IMG/VR virus record: IMGVR_UViG_3300007609_000013
Span: 10,129 to 74,128 of that record
Origin: a virus
Direction: 5' to 3' (one strand)
DNA: 64,000 nucleotides
A program made the position numbers and the translations under genes. Below the pieces are notes generated by a model. That model worked only from the letters and a program-made list of their open reading frames with translations, made no database searches and had not been told where the DNA came from. This document shows, piece by piece, positions 9,782-18,291 of this stretch (its first letter is position 1; every line of letters starts with the position of its first letter).

Positions 9782-10847
9782 GGTTGATTTTTATTCGGTG
9801 GTGGTTTCTCACCTGTGATGTAGACTCCACGCTCTGATCTTTCCACACACCACAGGTGTTTTCGCATCTGCTGCATCTACCTTTGTCAACACTGGATTGT
9901 TGCCAACTGTGTTCCAACTGTTGAAACCATTTTATACTTTTGGCCAGCCCGTGGCGCAGTGCATTGTTTCTCCGAATAAACTTTCTCAGCTGAACAGTTT
10001 CTGGATTGTAAACTGAGTAGTCCGGATTGGCAAATGCAGTAAAACAACAGGGATACACAAAGCCCCTGCTGTCCACATATATGCTGTTGATGTGACTGCA
10101 ATCTATGCTATCAGCTGGACGACGGGATGCGGGCATGTGTTTCCCTGTGTCGGTTTGGTCATAGGCCAGGATCCTGCTGACACGGGCATAATCCGTGTCA
10201 CCTTGCCAATCTCCAATGGTGTGTGAGAGGTTGCCGTCTTTGTCAAATGCTATGCCTACACTGCGCCCGTGATTTTCCATGGAGAACAAGGAAAAGCCCC
10301 AAGCATCGGCCAGCTGTTGAGCCTGAGCTGCTTGATGCTGGTTGTGATCAAACACTATGAACTTCCACTGTGCATCTCCTCCTGCAGCTATGAAAGCACC
10401 AAAATTTCTCTGCAGCACCTGCCAGTCCACATCCTGCCGATAGAGATGATTGGTGTCTTCCAAGCCGTCTATGCTGAATCTCACAGTCAAGTTGGGCACA
10501 GCAGCCAACTGTTGCCACCATGTCTCGCTTCTAGCGCCACCATTGGTGGTTACTTCCAGCTTCAACTGTGGGTTGGCCTCAGCAAAGTACCACAGTATGT
10601 CCGCCAGCTGAGGATTCATAATAGGATCGCCAAAGTTGCCTTCGCAGAGGAATAACTCTAGCTCGCTGATAAACTCTGCGGAGAATATTTGTTTGACCTC
10701 TGCCAATGACAGATGATGCTGAACCACTCTAGGATCTGCCACACCGTGATCATTTCTAGGACAGATAGGACATCTGGCATTGCAGTAGCTGGTGGGTTCT
10801 AGATGCACTCTGCGTATTTCTGCACCGCTGCTGAAACTGGTTTTCAT
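9771..10847 (-). CDS. radical SAM protein with SPASM/twitch-like C-terminus
   Basis: CNARCPIC motif, GNFGDP, FSIDGL, YPCC; start at MKTSF, 5 nt after TAAATA. Confidence 0.85.
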   Translation of the reverse strand: MKTSFSSGAEIRRVHLEPTSYCNARCPICPRNDHGVADPRVVQHHLSLAEVKQIFSAEFISELELFLCEGNFGDPIMNPQLADILWYFAEANPQLKLEVTTNGGARSETWWQQLAAVPNLTVRFSIDGLEDTNHLYRQDVDWQVLQRNFGAFIAAGGDAQWKFIVFDHNQHQAAQAQQLADAWGFSLFSMENHGRSVGIAFDKDGNLSHTIGDWQGDTDYARVSRILAYDQTDTGKHMPASRRPADSIDCSHINSIYVDSRGFVYPCCFTAFANPDYSVYNPETVQLRKFIRRNNALRHGLAKSIKWFQQLEHSWQQSSVDKGRCSRCENTCGVWKDQSVESTSQVRNHHRIKINLKE

Positions 10848-10892
10848 GCATCTATTTAGCGCAATCTGCGGCTTGCGCGCCCATGCCACCTC

Positions 10893-11101
10893 AACGAGCG
10901 AAGCGAGCTTGCGATTCACGCAAAAAATTTCGCACCACAGCAACACTAGTAGTGATCAACACACAGTCACCCTCCAGGTTGTACACCACATACTGCCAAG
11001 TGTTCAATCGCACCAAACTTCGTCTAACTTGCATGCAGTTATTTACACACGAGTGCTCAGGCCCGGGCCCAGGCCACTCAAACGAGCGAAGCGAGCTTGC
11101 G
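10893..11101 (+). repeat. 21-bp direct repeat AACGAGCGAAGCGAGCTTGCG (two copies)
   Basis: exact copies at 10893-10913 and 11081-11101, each followed by CGCAAAAA. Confidence 0.9.
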
Positions 11102-11179
11102 GCGCAAAAACAATTTTTGCACTTTTCTCACTCACAGTCAGCTGCACACCAGTAAATACAACACCAGCCAAGGACACTG

Positions 11180-11434
11180 ATGAGCAGTCGCAGCATACTA
11201 TTCCCGGTTAACAAAAAGCATGATCGCATGGTGCGTGAGTTCTGCAGACGCAACACTTTCGCACGACTGTTGCAGTGGAGCAGTCGCCACGGAACACTAC
11301 TGTGTGTTCACAACACCGACCGTAGACGTGGCATAGTGATCAGCTTTGAAAACGAGCGCACACTCACCGCATTTGCCGTCAGTTGGCATCACACAGAAAG
11401 CTGGTTGCAGTGGGAACTCAGCAGCTATGAATAG
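11180..11434 (+). CDS. hypothetical protein
   Basis: TAAATA and AAGGA upstream. Confidence 0.5.
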   Translation: MSSRSILFPVNKKHDRMVREFCRRNTFARLLQWSSRHGTLLCVHNTDRRRGIVISFENERTLTAFAVSWHHTESWLQWELSSYE

Positions 11435-11699
11435 CCACACACCTGTGATAGTGTTCACTGGCATCAGTGGCAGCAATCATCACACAGTAAACTGGAGTAG
11501 AATGAATGTGTTAGAACATGTGTTGGCATGGGCTGGTCACCACCGCACTAGAATATGTGTGCATGCCAACCGCAACAGTGTGCTGCACATACAACACTTG
11601 GACAGTGCACACTGGCTGTTGTGGCAGCTCACATGGAATCCTCAACAGCAACCTAGACTAGGCTACAGCACAATGAATACCACAGTGCATTCACCTTAG
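11427..11699 (+). CDS. hypothetical protein
   Basis: overlaps the previous stop; similar C-terminal 'W.L.W' character. Confidence 0.4.
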   Translation: MNSHTPVIVFTGISGSNHHTVNWSRMNVLEHVLAWAGHHRTRICVHANRNSVLHIQHLDSAHWLLWQLTWNPQQQPRLGYSTMNTTVHSP

Positions 11700-12037
11700 C
11701 CGGCCGAGGCAGTACAGCCCCCCCTATAGTGCAGCCAAAAAAAAATTGTGTGCGCAGAATCAGCAAACCCAAAAACACCACCCCCAGGAGCTTTTTGCAC
11801 CCTAGGATATACACTGTGGAGATCTATGCTAGATCTAGTAGCGCACTTCGTTTGCTACTGGTGTGAGAGTTTTCTGTGAGGTGGAATTTCCCATGGGGTC
11901 ATGGGGCCAATAGTGTGACCAGAAAAATTCTTGCGTCGGTTTGTCAAAGGGGGCAGTTTTTTCACCCCCACCACTTTTATACCCCTGACGTTTTTTTTCT
12001 CACCGAAAAAAATATTTTTCTCAATGAAATCAAAAGG

Positions 12038-12235
12038 TTATGCACAGTTGGACAATTGTGCACGTTTGGCTAGTGTGCATGCACGGTCCATGCTGTTCAA
12101 GCAGGCTTGCATAGCACGCACAGTGGTCACATACTCATGATGCAACTGTTCCAACTGTGCTTGTTGCTCTGCTGTGTATGCACCTGCGGCTGTGCCTTCT
12201 GTGAGCAAGTCTGTGAAGTCTTTGAATGTATTCAT
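12038..12235 (-). CDS. hypothetical protein
   Basis: last gene of the minus-strand early operon. Confidence 0.45.
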   Translation of the reverse strand: MNTFKDFTDLLTEGTAAGAYTAEQQAQLEQLHHEYVTTVRAMQACLNSMDRACTLAKRAQLSNCA

Positions 12236-12317
12236 CGCATCAACAGTGTGCTCACTGCCTCACAGAAGAATGCTACAGCAATCACAGTCACAAACCCTAG
12301 TGCCGCTACAGTTTCCA

Positions 12318-12626
12318 TTATGCCGCCTCCTCTACTGTTAGCATGCTGGCTGGCACACGATAGGTGGTGTTGAACATGCCGTTGCTGACGCCGCCCAACA
12401 CTTCCACTGTCTTGCGATTCTTTTTGACTACTCGGCCAACCACCCGGGTACCGTTTCGTGCAGTAAAGCTTACCACATCACCTTTGACAATCTTGCGAAT
12501 GTTTGCTCGGCTCAGTTGCCGTTCCTTGTTGCGAATTGCATCGTAGATGTCACGCAGTTCATCCATGGTCTCTAATGCGTAGATGGCTGTGACGGCATCT
12601 GCTGTGCGTGTGAATGATGTGCTCAT
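12318..12626 (-). CDS. SH3/KOW-like small early protein
   Basis: KGDVVSF...G.V.KKNRKTVEV...YRVPASML; GGAG RBS. Confidence 0.7.
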   Translation of the reverse strand: MSTSFTRTADAVTAIYALETMDELRDIYDAIRNKERQLSRANIRKIVKGDVVSFTARNGTRVVGRVVKKNRKTVEVLGGVSNGMFNTTYRVPASMLTVEEAA

Positions 12627-12841
12627 GCATATACTCCTACTGCAAGTGGAAGTTCTTCAATGCTAACATTGCCTCGGAGTGGTTGGATGTATTCCAGTGG
12701 ACAGGTGTGTACTTCCTCTGGTGCGTAACGATCCGAGAAGTACACAACACCGTTGTCATCAACTCGATCCACAATACCATACACTGTGGGGAACTGTGCA
12801 CCCCAGTGGCCGTAAATCTTGTCGCCTGGTTTGATCTGCAT
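12623..12841 (-). CDS. hypothetical early protein
   Basis: start MQIKPGD with AGAGGA RBS and sigma70-like promoter. Confidence 0.65.
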   Translation of the reverse strand: MQIKPGDKIYGHWGAQFPTVYGIVDRVDDNGVVYFSDRYAPEEVHTCPLEYIQPLRGNVSIEELPLAVGVYA

Positions 12842-12873
12842 ATTGATTTCCTCTATGACTAACCTACACACTA

Positions 12874-12901
12874 ATAATAACATGTGTAGGCCAGTTGTCA
12901 A
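12874..12901 (-). promoter_or_regulatory. sigma70-like early promoter
   Basis: TTGACA-N16-TATTAT; -10 lies inside the 8-bp inverted repeat CCTACACA/TGTGTAGG. Confidence 0.7.
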
Positions 12902-12942
12902 CCTCGGAATCCGTTTTTTTTGAAATTTATGGGCCGGAGGGC

Positions 12943-13060
12943 TGTGGATAAGTCTGTGGATTGAGGCATTTAACATAATAGCGGTTATGCGCGGACTGTG
13001 GATTGTTTGGTCGGGGTTTGTGCACAGGTTATCCACAGCTTTTGCACACTAGTGTGCACA
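12943..13060. promoter_or_regulatory. DnaA-box cluster
   Basis: TGTGGATAA 12943, TTATCCACA 13029, TTTTGCACA 13040, TTGTGCACA 13018, plus degenerate copies at 12955, 12997, 13052. Confidence 0.7.
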
Positions 13061-13061
13061 G

Positions 13062-13137
13062 TGGCTGCCTGAGCAGGACTCGAACCTGCGACCAAAAGAT
13101 TAACAGTCTTCTGCTCTACCTGCTGAGCTATCAGGCA
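13062..13137 (-). tRNA. tRNA-Asn(GTT)
   Basis: cloverleaf, anticodon loop CTGTTAA, TTCGA T-loop, encoded CCA. Confidence 0.95.
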
Positions 13138-13141
13138 AGGT

Positions 13142-13379
13142 TGGTGCCCGGGGGCACTTATAATATAGTGCAAAATAATGGTGCCGCTGGAGGGAGTCGA
13201 ACCCCCAACCTTCTGGACCTAAACCAGACGCCTCTGCCAATTGGGCCACAGCGGCATTACTTTGCTATTGCTCTATAGTATCTATCTCTGCACTGATGAT
13301 AAGTTAAATTTAACTCTTTAGCAGCACCTCTGATACCATATTGCTCAACACATTTTGCTACCAAATCCACCACCCGGGC
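13142..13379 (-). pseudogene. separated remnants of a tRNA-Leu plus an HTH-like ORF fragment
   Basis: 5' piece GCCCGGGTGGTGGATTTGGTAG (13379-13358); complementary 3' piece CCCGGGCACCA (13152-13142). Confidence 0.55.
13179..13255 (-). tRNA. tRNA-Leu(TAG) with a short (5-nt) variable loop
   Basis: GCCGCTG/CAGCGGC acceptor, A73-CCA, TCTGG-TTTAGGT-CCAGA anticodon arm. Confidence 0.8.
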
Positions 13380-13384
13380 AAGAG

Positions 13385-13460
13385 TGGTGCTCGTTCACGG
13401 AGTCGAACCGCGGACCTACGCATTACAAGTGCGTTGCTCTACCAGCTGAGCTAAACGAGC
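13385..13460 (-). tRNA. tRNA-Thr(TGT)
   Basis: cloverleaf, loop CTTGTAA, CCA end. Confidence 0.95.
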
Positions 13461-13467
13461 ATGTATT

Positions 13468-14835
13468 TTAGGGTAACCCAATTTTTTTATAATCTACCCA
13501 TGTAGATCTATCTTGTTCGATGTGTTGTTCTACATCTTTGTCGGACATTGGTTTACCAAGTTTTTGATTTTCATCTATCCATGTGTTGTACATTTGCAAA
13601 CATTCTTCGAAATTTTTTACTATATATTTTTTTTCTGCAAAAGTCTGTTTTTTAATAGGAATTGAAAATTGAAGTATTCCAAGTTTTACCATTTCGTCAA
13701 CAGTGTCGTTTGCAATTTTATAATTATCATGATAGCTATCATTGAAGTCTTTATGCAAGTTATAAAATAGATCTTCGCGCATCTTTTTATTCACAATTGT
13801 GACTTTTTGCGTTTGATTACTATATTTTTCCTGCATTTTATTATCAATTATTAACATTTGTTCTAGATAAAACGTGATTTTATGAACATTTATACATTCT
13901 TGTTTGATCGATTCTGGTAGATTGATCCAATCATCTATCGAGTCCAATTGTGGCCAGTTTTCGTTTGCTACAGAATTATAATCTGTTACAAATTTTTCCC
14001 ATGCTAAGTTGTATTGTTCCGAATAATCTAGATTTTCACTTTGAGTTTCTGCAGAAGCTGTTTCGATATATTGTTCTAATTTTTGTAAATCTTTGCGACT
14101 TTCCAAAGCAATGGTACCGATATCGCTGGAATAATAATGGCATTTATTGTAATCAGCAAAACTGATGTTGAATTTGTCTTGCCAAGTGGTTTTTTCTTTG
14201 TCCGCAAAAAAAGGAAGGTTTAAAATAAATTGTTCTATATTTGGCATATGTTTTTCATACACATAATAGGATGGTATATGAAATGTTGATTCTGCCCATT
14301 CTATATACTGTTTGTAGCTGTGTAAACTTTGCTTGACGCTCAAAGGGTCTATGGTTATTTGGTTTTTAAAGATACTGTAAAATGTTCTAAGTTTTTCATC
14401 AGGTAAAAAAACATTTAGATTTTTTGTGATTTTGTTGATAGCCCAACTTAAAGAGTGTTCGAAAAGATTTTCTCGTTGACAACAAATGATATAATAGTTA
14501 TCATTTAGATATTTATAAAACGATAATTGCTCTCCTATAGGATCTTTTCTAAAAAGAATGTTGTAATAAGGTAACTTTATGATTTTATAGTGATCAACAC
14601 TTTCGAGTAATTCTTGAATTTCTCCCAGACTTTGCATATTGTTGTATTCACAATCATTGACACATCTAAGAATTTCGCTGTTAAATTCAGGCGAATAATA
14701 TTTTTCTAAACCTAATTCGACATGCCCGACATCAATCACTGGACGATCAAAGCTTTGAAATTGCATGTAAACAGCAAGTGTTGTTTCTAAAAGTGTTCCT
14801 CCTACTGCATCAGGAGTAAGTAACAAAATGTTCAT
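13468..14835 (-). CDS. AT-rich hypothetical protein (sulfotransferase/P-loop-like N-terminus) inserted in the tRNA cluster
   Basis: 455 aa; LLTPDAVGGTLL, R.NLFE..LSW; lower GC than flanks. Confidence 0.7.
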   Translation of the reverse strand: MNILLLTPDAVGGTLLETTLAVYMQFQSFDRPVIDVGHVELGLEKYYSPEFNSEILRCVNDCEYNNMQSLGEIQELLESVDHYKIIKLPYYNILFRKDPIGEQLSFYKYLNDNYYIICCQRENLFEHSLSWAINKITKNLNVFLPDEKLRTFYSIFKNQITIDPLSVKQSLHSYKQYIEWAESTFHIPSYYVYEKHMPNIEQFILNLPFFADKEKTTWQDKFNISFADYNKCHYYSSDIGTIALESRKDLQKLEQYIETASAETQSENLDYSEQYNLAWEKFVTDYNSVANENWPQLDSIDDWINLPESIKQECINVHKITFYLEQMLIIDNKMQEKYSNQTQKVTIVNKKMREDLFYNLHKDFNDSYHDNYKIANDTVDEMVKLGILQFSIPIKKQTFAEKKYIVKNFEECLQMYNTWIDENQKLGKPMSDKDVEQHIEQDRSTWVDYKKIGLP

Positions 14836-14921
14836 CTAGTTTCTCATAATTTATCTGTGCGCACCCAAGTAGGAAATGAAATTCTCGTTTTTTGCTTGCG
14901 AGCAATCTCCCGGGGTGGTGC

Positions 14922-15012
14922 TGGCAGAAGCGGAGGGATTCGAACCCTCGGTAGGGTATTAGCCTACACTCCCTTAGCAGGGGAGCGCCTTCAGCCACTC
15001 AGCCACGCTTCT
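14922..15012 (-). tRNA. tRNA-Ser(GCT)
   Basis: long variable arm, loop CTGCTAA, G73-CCA. Confidence 0.95.
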
Positions 15013-15056
15013 GTTGTAGTGTATTTACACAGTGAACTTCACTGCTTTCTCTAGAT

Positions 15057-15133
15057 TGGCCTCGCCGGCTGGACTCGAACCAGCAACCTACAGCTTAGAA
15101 GGCTGTTGCACTATCCGGTTGTGCTACGACGAG
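15057..15133 (-). tRNA. tRNA-Arg(TCT)
   Basis: loop CTTCTAA, CCA end. Confidence 0.95.
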
Positions 15134-15144
15134 AATTTGGTGTA

Positions 15145-15918
15145 CTACCTAGAATAGTATCGCTCCAACAAAAACTCAGCAAAGTCTTTGTGACCCGAGG
15201 GTCCCATGTGCCCAACCTTGTATGGTTTGTTGTTGACAACAGCTTCATGGTTGTCAACAGGTGCATGATTTCTCTGCAAGCACCATTCCAGAAACGAAAA
15301 CTCAAATATATCCAGTATTCTTGAATTCTGTTTCATTTCCTCGTAAAAATTGGCCACAAAAGGTGCAGAAAAATCAATGGTTTCTTGATACATAGGAGAA
15401 AAAATTATGTAATCAATGTTGTTGTTTTCGCACCAATTTGCAAATAATATTATTTTGGCCAAAAGATCAACAGTCTCAGCTTCAATATCATACCAATCAA
15501 TGTAATTTCTGCAGAAGTTCCGGTATGCTTTGCCCTCATGAAGGTCAATTGATTTATTTCTGCGCTGATACCAGTTCTTTCCATCCAGTGGTTGAATACA
15601 CACAAAGTCTCCGTCACTCAATGATTGCAAGTCCTCATGAGGAACCTGCCTCCATCTTGCTATGTCGTGTTGTGTGTGCCACAGTTCTGTTCTAAATATA
15701 AAACTTAGACTAACACAAGCTAAAATATTACTGTGCTTGTGTTTTAGCTCAAGTAAATCTCTTAGGCTGGTGCGGAATATTCTGCTGTTTGCAGACCCAA
15801 GCACTGCCCTATTGATCACGTGTGCGCCAAAAAAATCAGCAAGATGGTCAGCATACTTTTTGTAATTTCCGGATCGGACATAGCTGTCCCCGTTGACGTA
15901 GATCAAATCATATGTCAT
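15145..15918 (-). CDS. SGNH-like protein within the tRNA cluster
   Basis: NGDSY, INRAVLGSANSRIFR, GHMGPSGH. Confidence 0.65.
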   Translation of the reverse strand: MTYDLIYVNGDSYVRSGNYKKYADHLADFFGAHVINRAVLGSANSRIFRTSLRDLLELKHKHSNILACVSLSFIFRTELWHTQHDIARWRQVPHEDLQSLSDGDFVCIQPLDGKNWYQRRNKSIDLHEGKAYRNFCRNYIDWYDIEAETVDLLAKIILFANWCENNNIDYIIFSPMYQETIDFSAPFVANFYEEMKQNSRILDIFEFSFLEWCLQRNHAPVDNHEAVVNNKPYKVGHMGPSGHKDFAEFLLERYYSR

Positions 15919-15934
15919 GCTGTTTCCTGTGTAT

Positions 15935-16011
15935 TGGTGGACCCACCTGGACTCGAACCAGGGACCAATGAATTATGAGTTCACTGCTCTAACCAACTGA
16001 GCTATAGGTCC
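15935..16011 (-). tRNA. tRNA with CAT anticodon (probably Ile2, possibly elongator Met)
   Basis: GGACCTATAGCTCAG..., loop CTCATAA, paired 1:72, A73-CCA. Confidence 0.85.
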
Positions 16012-16020
16012 TACTCTGTT

Positions 16021-16048
16021 ATTATAACACACTGTGCACATGTGTCAA
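16021..16048 (-). promoter_or_regulatory. consensus sigma70 promoter for the tRNA operon
   Basis: TTGACA-N16-TATAAT ending 10 nt before the first tRNA. Confidence 0.8.
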
Positions 16049-16230
16049 CGGGCAGCATTGATCAATTCCACTGCCAAGCGATACTCCGCTGCATTGTCAT
16101 CCTCGCGGTCGTTGTTGTAAACCAAGCGTGTGTCCGGCCTCCTACGATTCTGATATTCATAGGCTGCCTGTTTGTCGTCAGTGCTGAACACCACGCGATT
16201 GTCACAATCTACCAGCAAAAATCTCTGCAT
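16045..16230 (-). CDS. hypothetical early protein
   Basis: GAGG RBS before MQRFLLVD. Confidence 0.5.
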   Translation of the reverse strand: MQRFLLVDCDNRVVFSTDDKQAAYEYQNRRRPDTRLVYNNDREDDNAAEYRLAVELINAAR

Positions 16231-16246
16231 GTTATACCTCATGATG

Positions 16247-16559
16247 TTATAAGTCACCGCTGAATGTGCTCCAGGTAATCTGCTTTTCATCTACTTTTAT
16301 GCAGTTATACCCTTCGCGTTTAAATGCTGCCAGTGGAGGACAGTCTCGTCTGCCGCCTAGATCACTCTCCAGTGGCTGGATCACCACTCGGCCGAGTGGT
16401 GAAATCCACCACCACACCAGGCAGGAGTCTACCATTGTGCACAGCCACCACGTGGTCACCTGGAGCTAGATCGGCGCCGAACACATCTTTTCTCCATCGA
16501 TCCAGCACAGTAAAGTTTGTTAGGCCGAATTCGCCGCGTCTAGGCGTGTACTTTTTCAT
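16247..16559 (-). pseudogene. frameshifted SH3-like early gene
   Basis: two overlapping ORFs join if one C is removed from the 22-bp palindrome at 16381-16402. Confidence 0.55.
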
Positions 16560-16652
16560 CGCGCCACTCTAGAATAAGCAATGTCACCTTGACGACCAGT
16601 CTTGCGATCATTGACCGGCCCGAACAAGCGAATCAACCTCAGTGTGTTCATG

Positions 16653-16949
16653 TTATACCCCCATGGTCTCTGCAGCAGCCGAATATTCCACAGCAACCCG
16701 CTCCACTCGATCATCGTAGTCTAGGCTGGTTTCAAAAGGAATATACCCCGTGTCACCCTCACGTCCAAAGCCTGCACCATCCTGTTCAATCTGAATGGTG
16801 TATCCGTCAAACAACATGTAAGCACCTTCCGGATTTCGCACTGCACCTTTGGCAATCACTGTGCCTTGGATATATGCGTCTCGGCGACCCATGAAGTCAT
16901 ATGCACGAATCGTGTCGCCAACAGCAGCCAAATTCTGATATTTCAACAT
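16653..16949 (-). CDS. hypothetical early protein
   Basis: VGD.IRAYDF motif; AGGAG RBS; TTGACT-N16-TATACT upstream. Confidence 0.7.
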   Translation of the reverse strand: MLKYQNLAAVGDTIRAYDFMGRRDAYIQGTVIAKGAVRNPEGAYMLFDGYTIQIEQDGAGFGREGDTGYIPFETSLDYDDRVERVAVEYSAAAETMGV

Positions 16950-17235
16950 GTTGTAGTCTCCCTAACCTCTATACATGTAGTATACAGTGTTATAGCATAG
17001 AGTCAATCAGAAAACGCTGCAGCAGCAAAGTTAGAATTGTGTGCACAGTCAACAGGTTAGCACCAATATCTAGAATACTGTGAGGCGGTAGTGTGAAAAA
17101 GTGTGAAAATATCACAATATACCAGAATATACTGAGTTATATCTGGCATTGCCTATGAGGTTCCGGCGGATGGCATGCTCGTACGGTGACTATAATAGTG
17201 ATTCAACCAGATCTGCTGCAGCAGCAACTTGACAG

Positions 17236-17481
17236 TTAGTAGTCAATGTCTGGATCCACTATGCCTTTGATGGTGAGAGCATGCTGAACACTGGTGATTT
17301 GTGCTTGAACAGCCGCTGTATAGCTTGCCACTTGACCGTTTACAGCTAAGCGTGCGGTTTCACGTGTTAAGAATTCTGAGAAATATGCGTCTGCACGTGG
17401 ATTACCGTAGAGCAGGTGATAACAGTGACGCAGCTTTGTCAACAGTGCTTTGTGTTGTGCGTAGTTTGTTGTTTTTTTCAT
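17236..17481 (-). CDS. hypothetical protein
   Basis: TAAATA 4 nt upstream of ATG. Confidence 0.5.
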   Translation of the reverse strand: MKKTTNYAQHKALLTKLRHCYHLLYGNPRADAYFSEFLTRETARLAVNGQVASYTAAVQAQITSVQHALTIKGIVDPDIDY

Positions 17482-17702
17482 TGGTGTATTTACTCGAGAA
17501 CCATGGTTTTAATACCCCTACTCTTGTATCTTTGCTGTCTCTCTGCCACACAATTCAACACAATTCAACACTTTGACACACACTGTATTTTTTTATCGTA
17601 CAGCATCACATGATGGGATTTTTTTGGTTGCTGTTGAGTGTGTTTTCATATATAGTATACAGAGACAGAGCAGTGTCTCTGCACAGGAGTTTTTCACAGC
17701 AC

Positions 17703-18291
17703 ATGCATATCAGTTGGCACACACATCCATGGACACACTGTGTGATTGATGAGGTTTTTGCACCCCATGAACTCGCACAGGTGCGTGAGTTTGTGGCATC
17801 AGATCACAGTGGTACTTTGAATCCAGCTGCTGGCACATATGCTGCCACAGCTGATCTTCCTGCACACATTCACAGTTTGTTCTCACAAAAAAAATCTAGA
17901 GATCTATCACAGTGTGTATGTGGATCTTTGGCGTCGCACACCCGCTCAACACTGGAGCAAACCCATGTCACTGCACCAGTGTGTGAATCACACAGATTTT
18001 GTGCTGGGACAACCTGGGTTTTCATATCCGGTGCACAACCATCATCCAGGCAAGCGATTGGTGTCAGTGGTGTATGCAGGATTCACTGGCGATGGCACAG
18101 TGTTGTGTGATCAGGATCACAGTGACGGCGTGCAGATTCCATGGCAGGAGAATCGTGCAGTGTGTTTTATTTCGCATGGCCACAGTTGGCACAGCTATCA
18201 CAACTGCAGCGTCACGCCGCGGTTCACTGTAAATCTCATGTGGCAACAGGAGTATCCTGGGTTGCCACCCATTCAACAGGAGTCATCATGA
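17703..18291 (+). pseudogene. 2OG-Fe(II) oxygenase-like gene with a frameshift in an A8 run
   Basis: PW.H.VID.VF N-terminus in one frame; YPVH.H..GK, W..NRA..F, SWH, R.T.N in the next; shift at 17887-17894. Confidence 0.6.

Noticed and set aside
12842-13036. N-terminal extension of ORF 12623..13036
   Set aside because: It runs across the promoter and DnaA boxes; the RBS supports a start at 12841.
14837-14921. HDV-like (theta) ribozyme after tRNA-Ser
   Set aside because: GCACC/GGTGC pairing exists, but I could not build P3/P1.1 or the catalytic junction.
15935-16011. Initiator tRNA-fMet
   Set aside because: It has a paired 1:72 and lacks the three G-C pairs in the anticodon stem.
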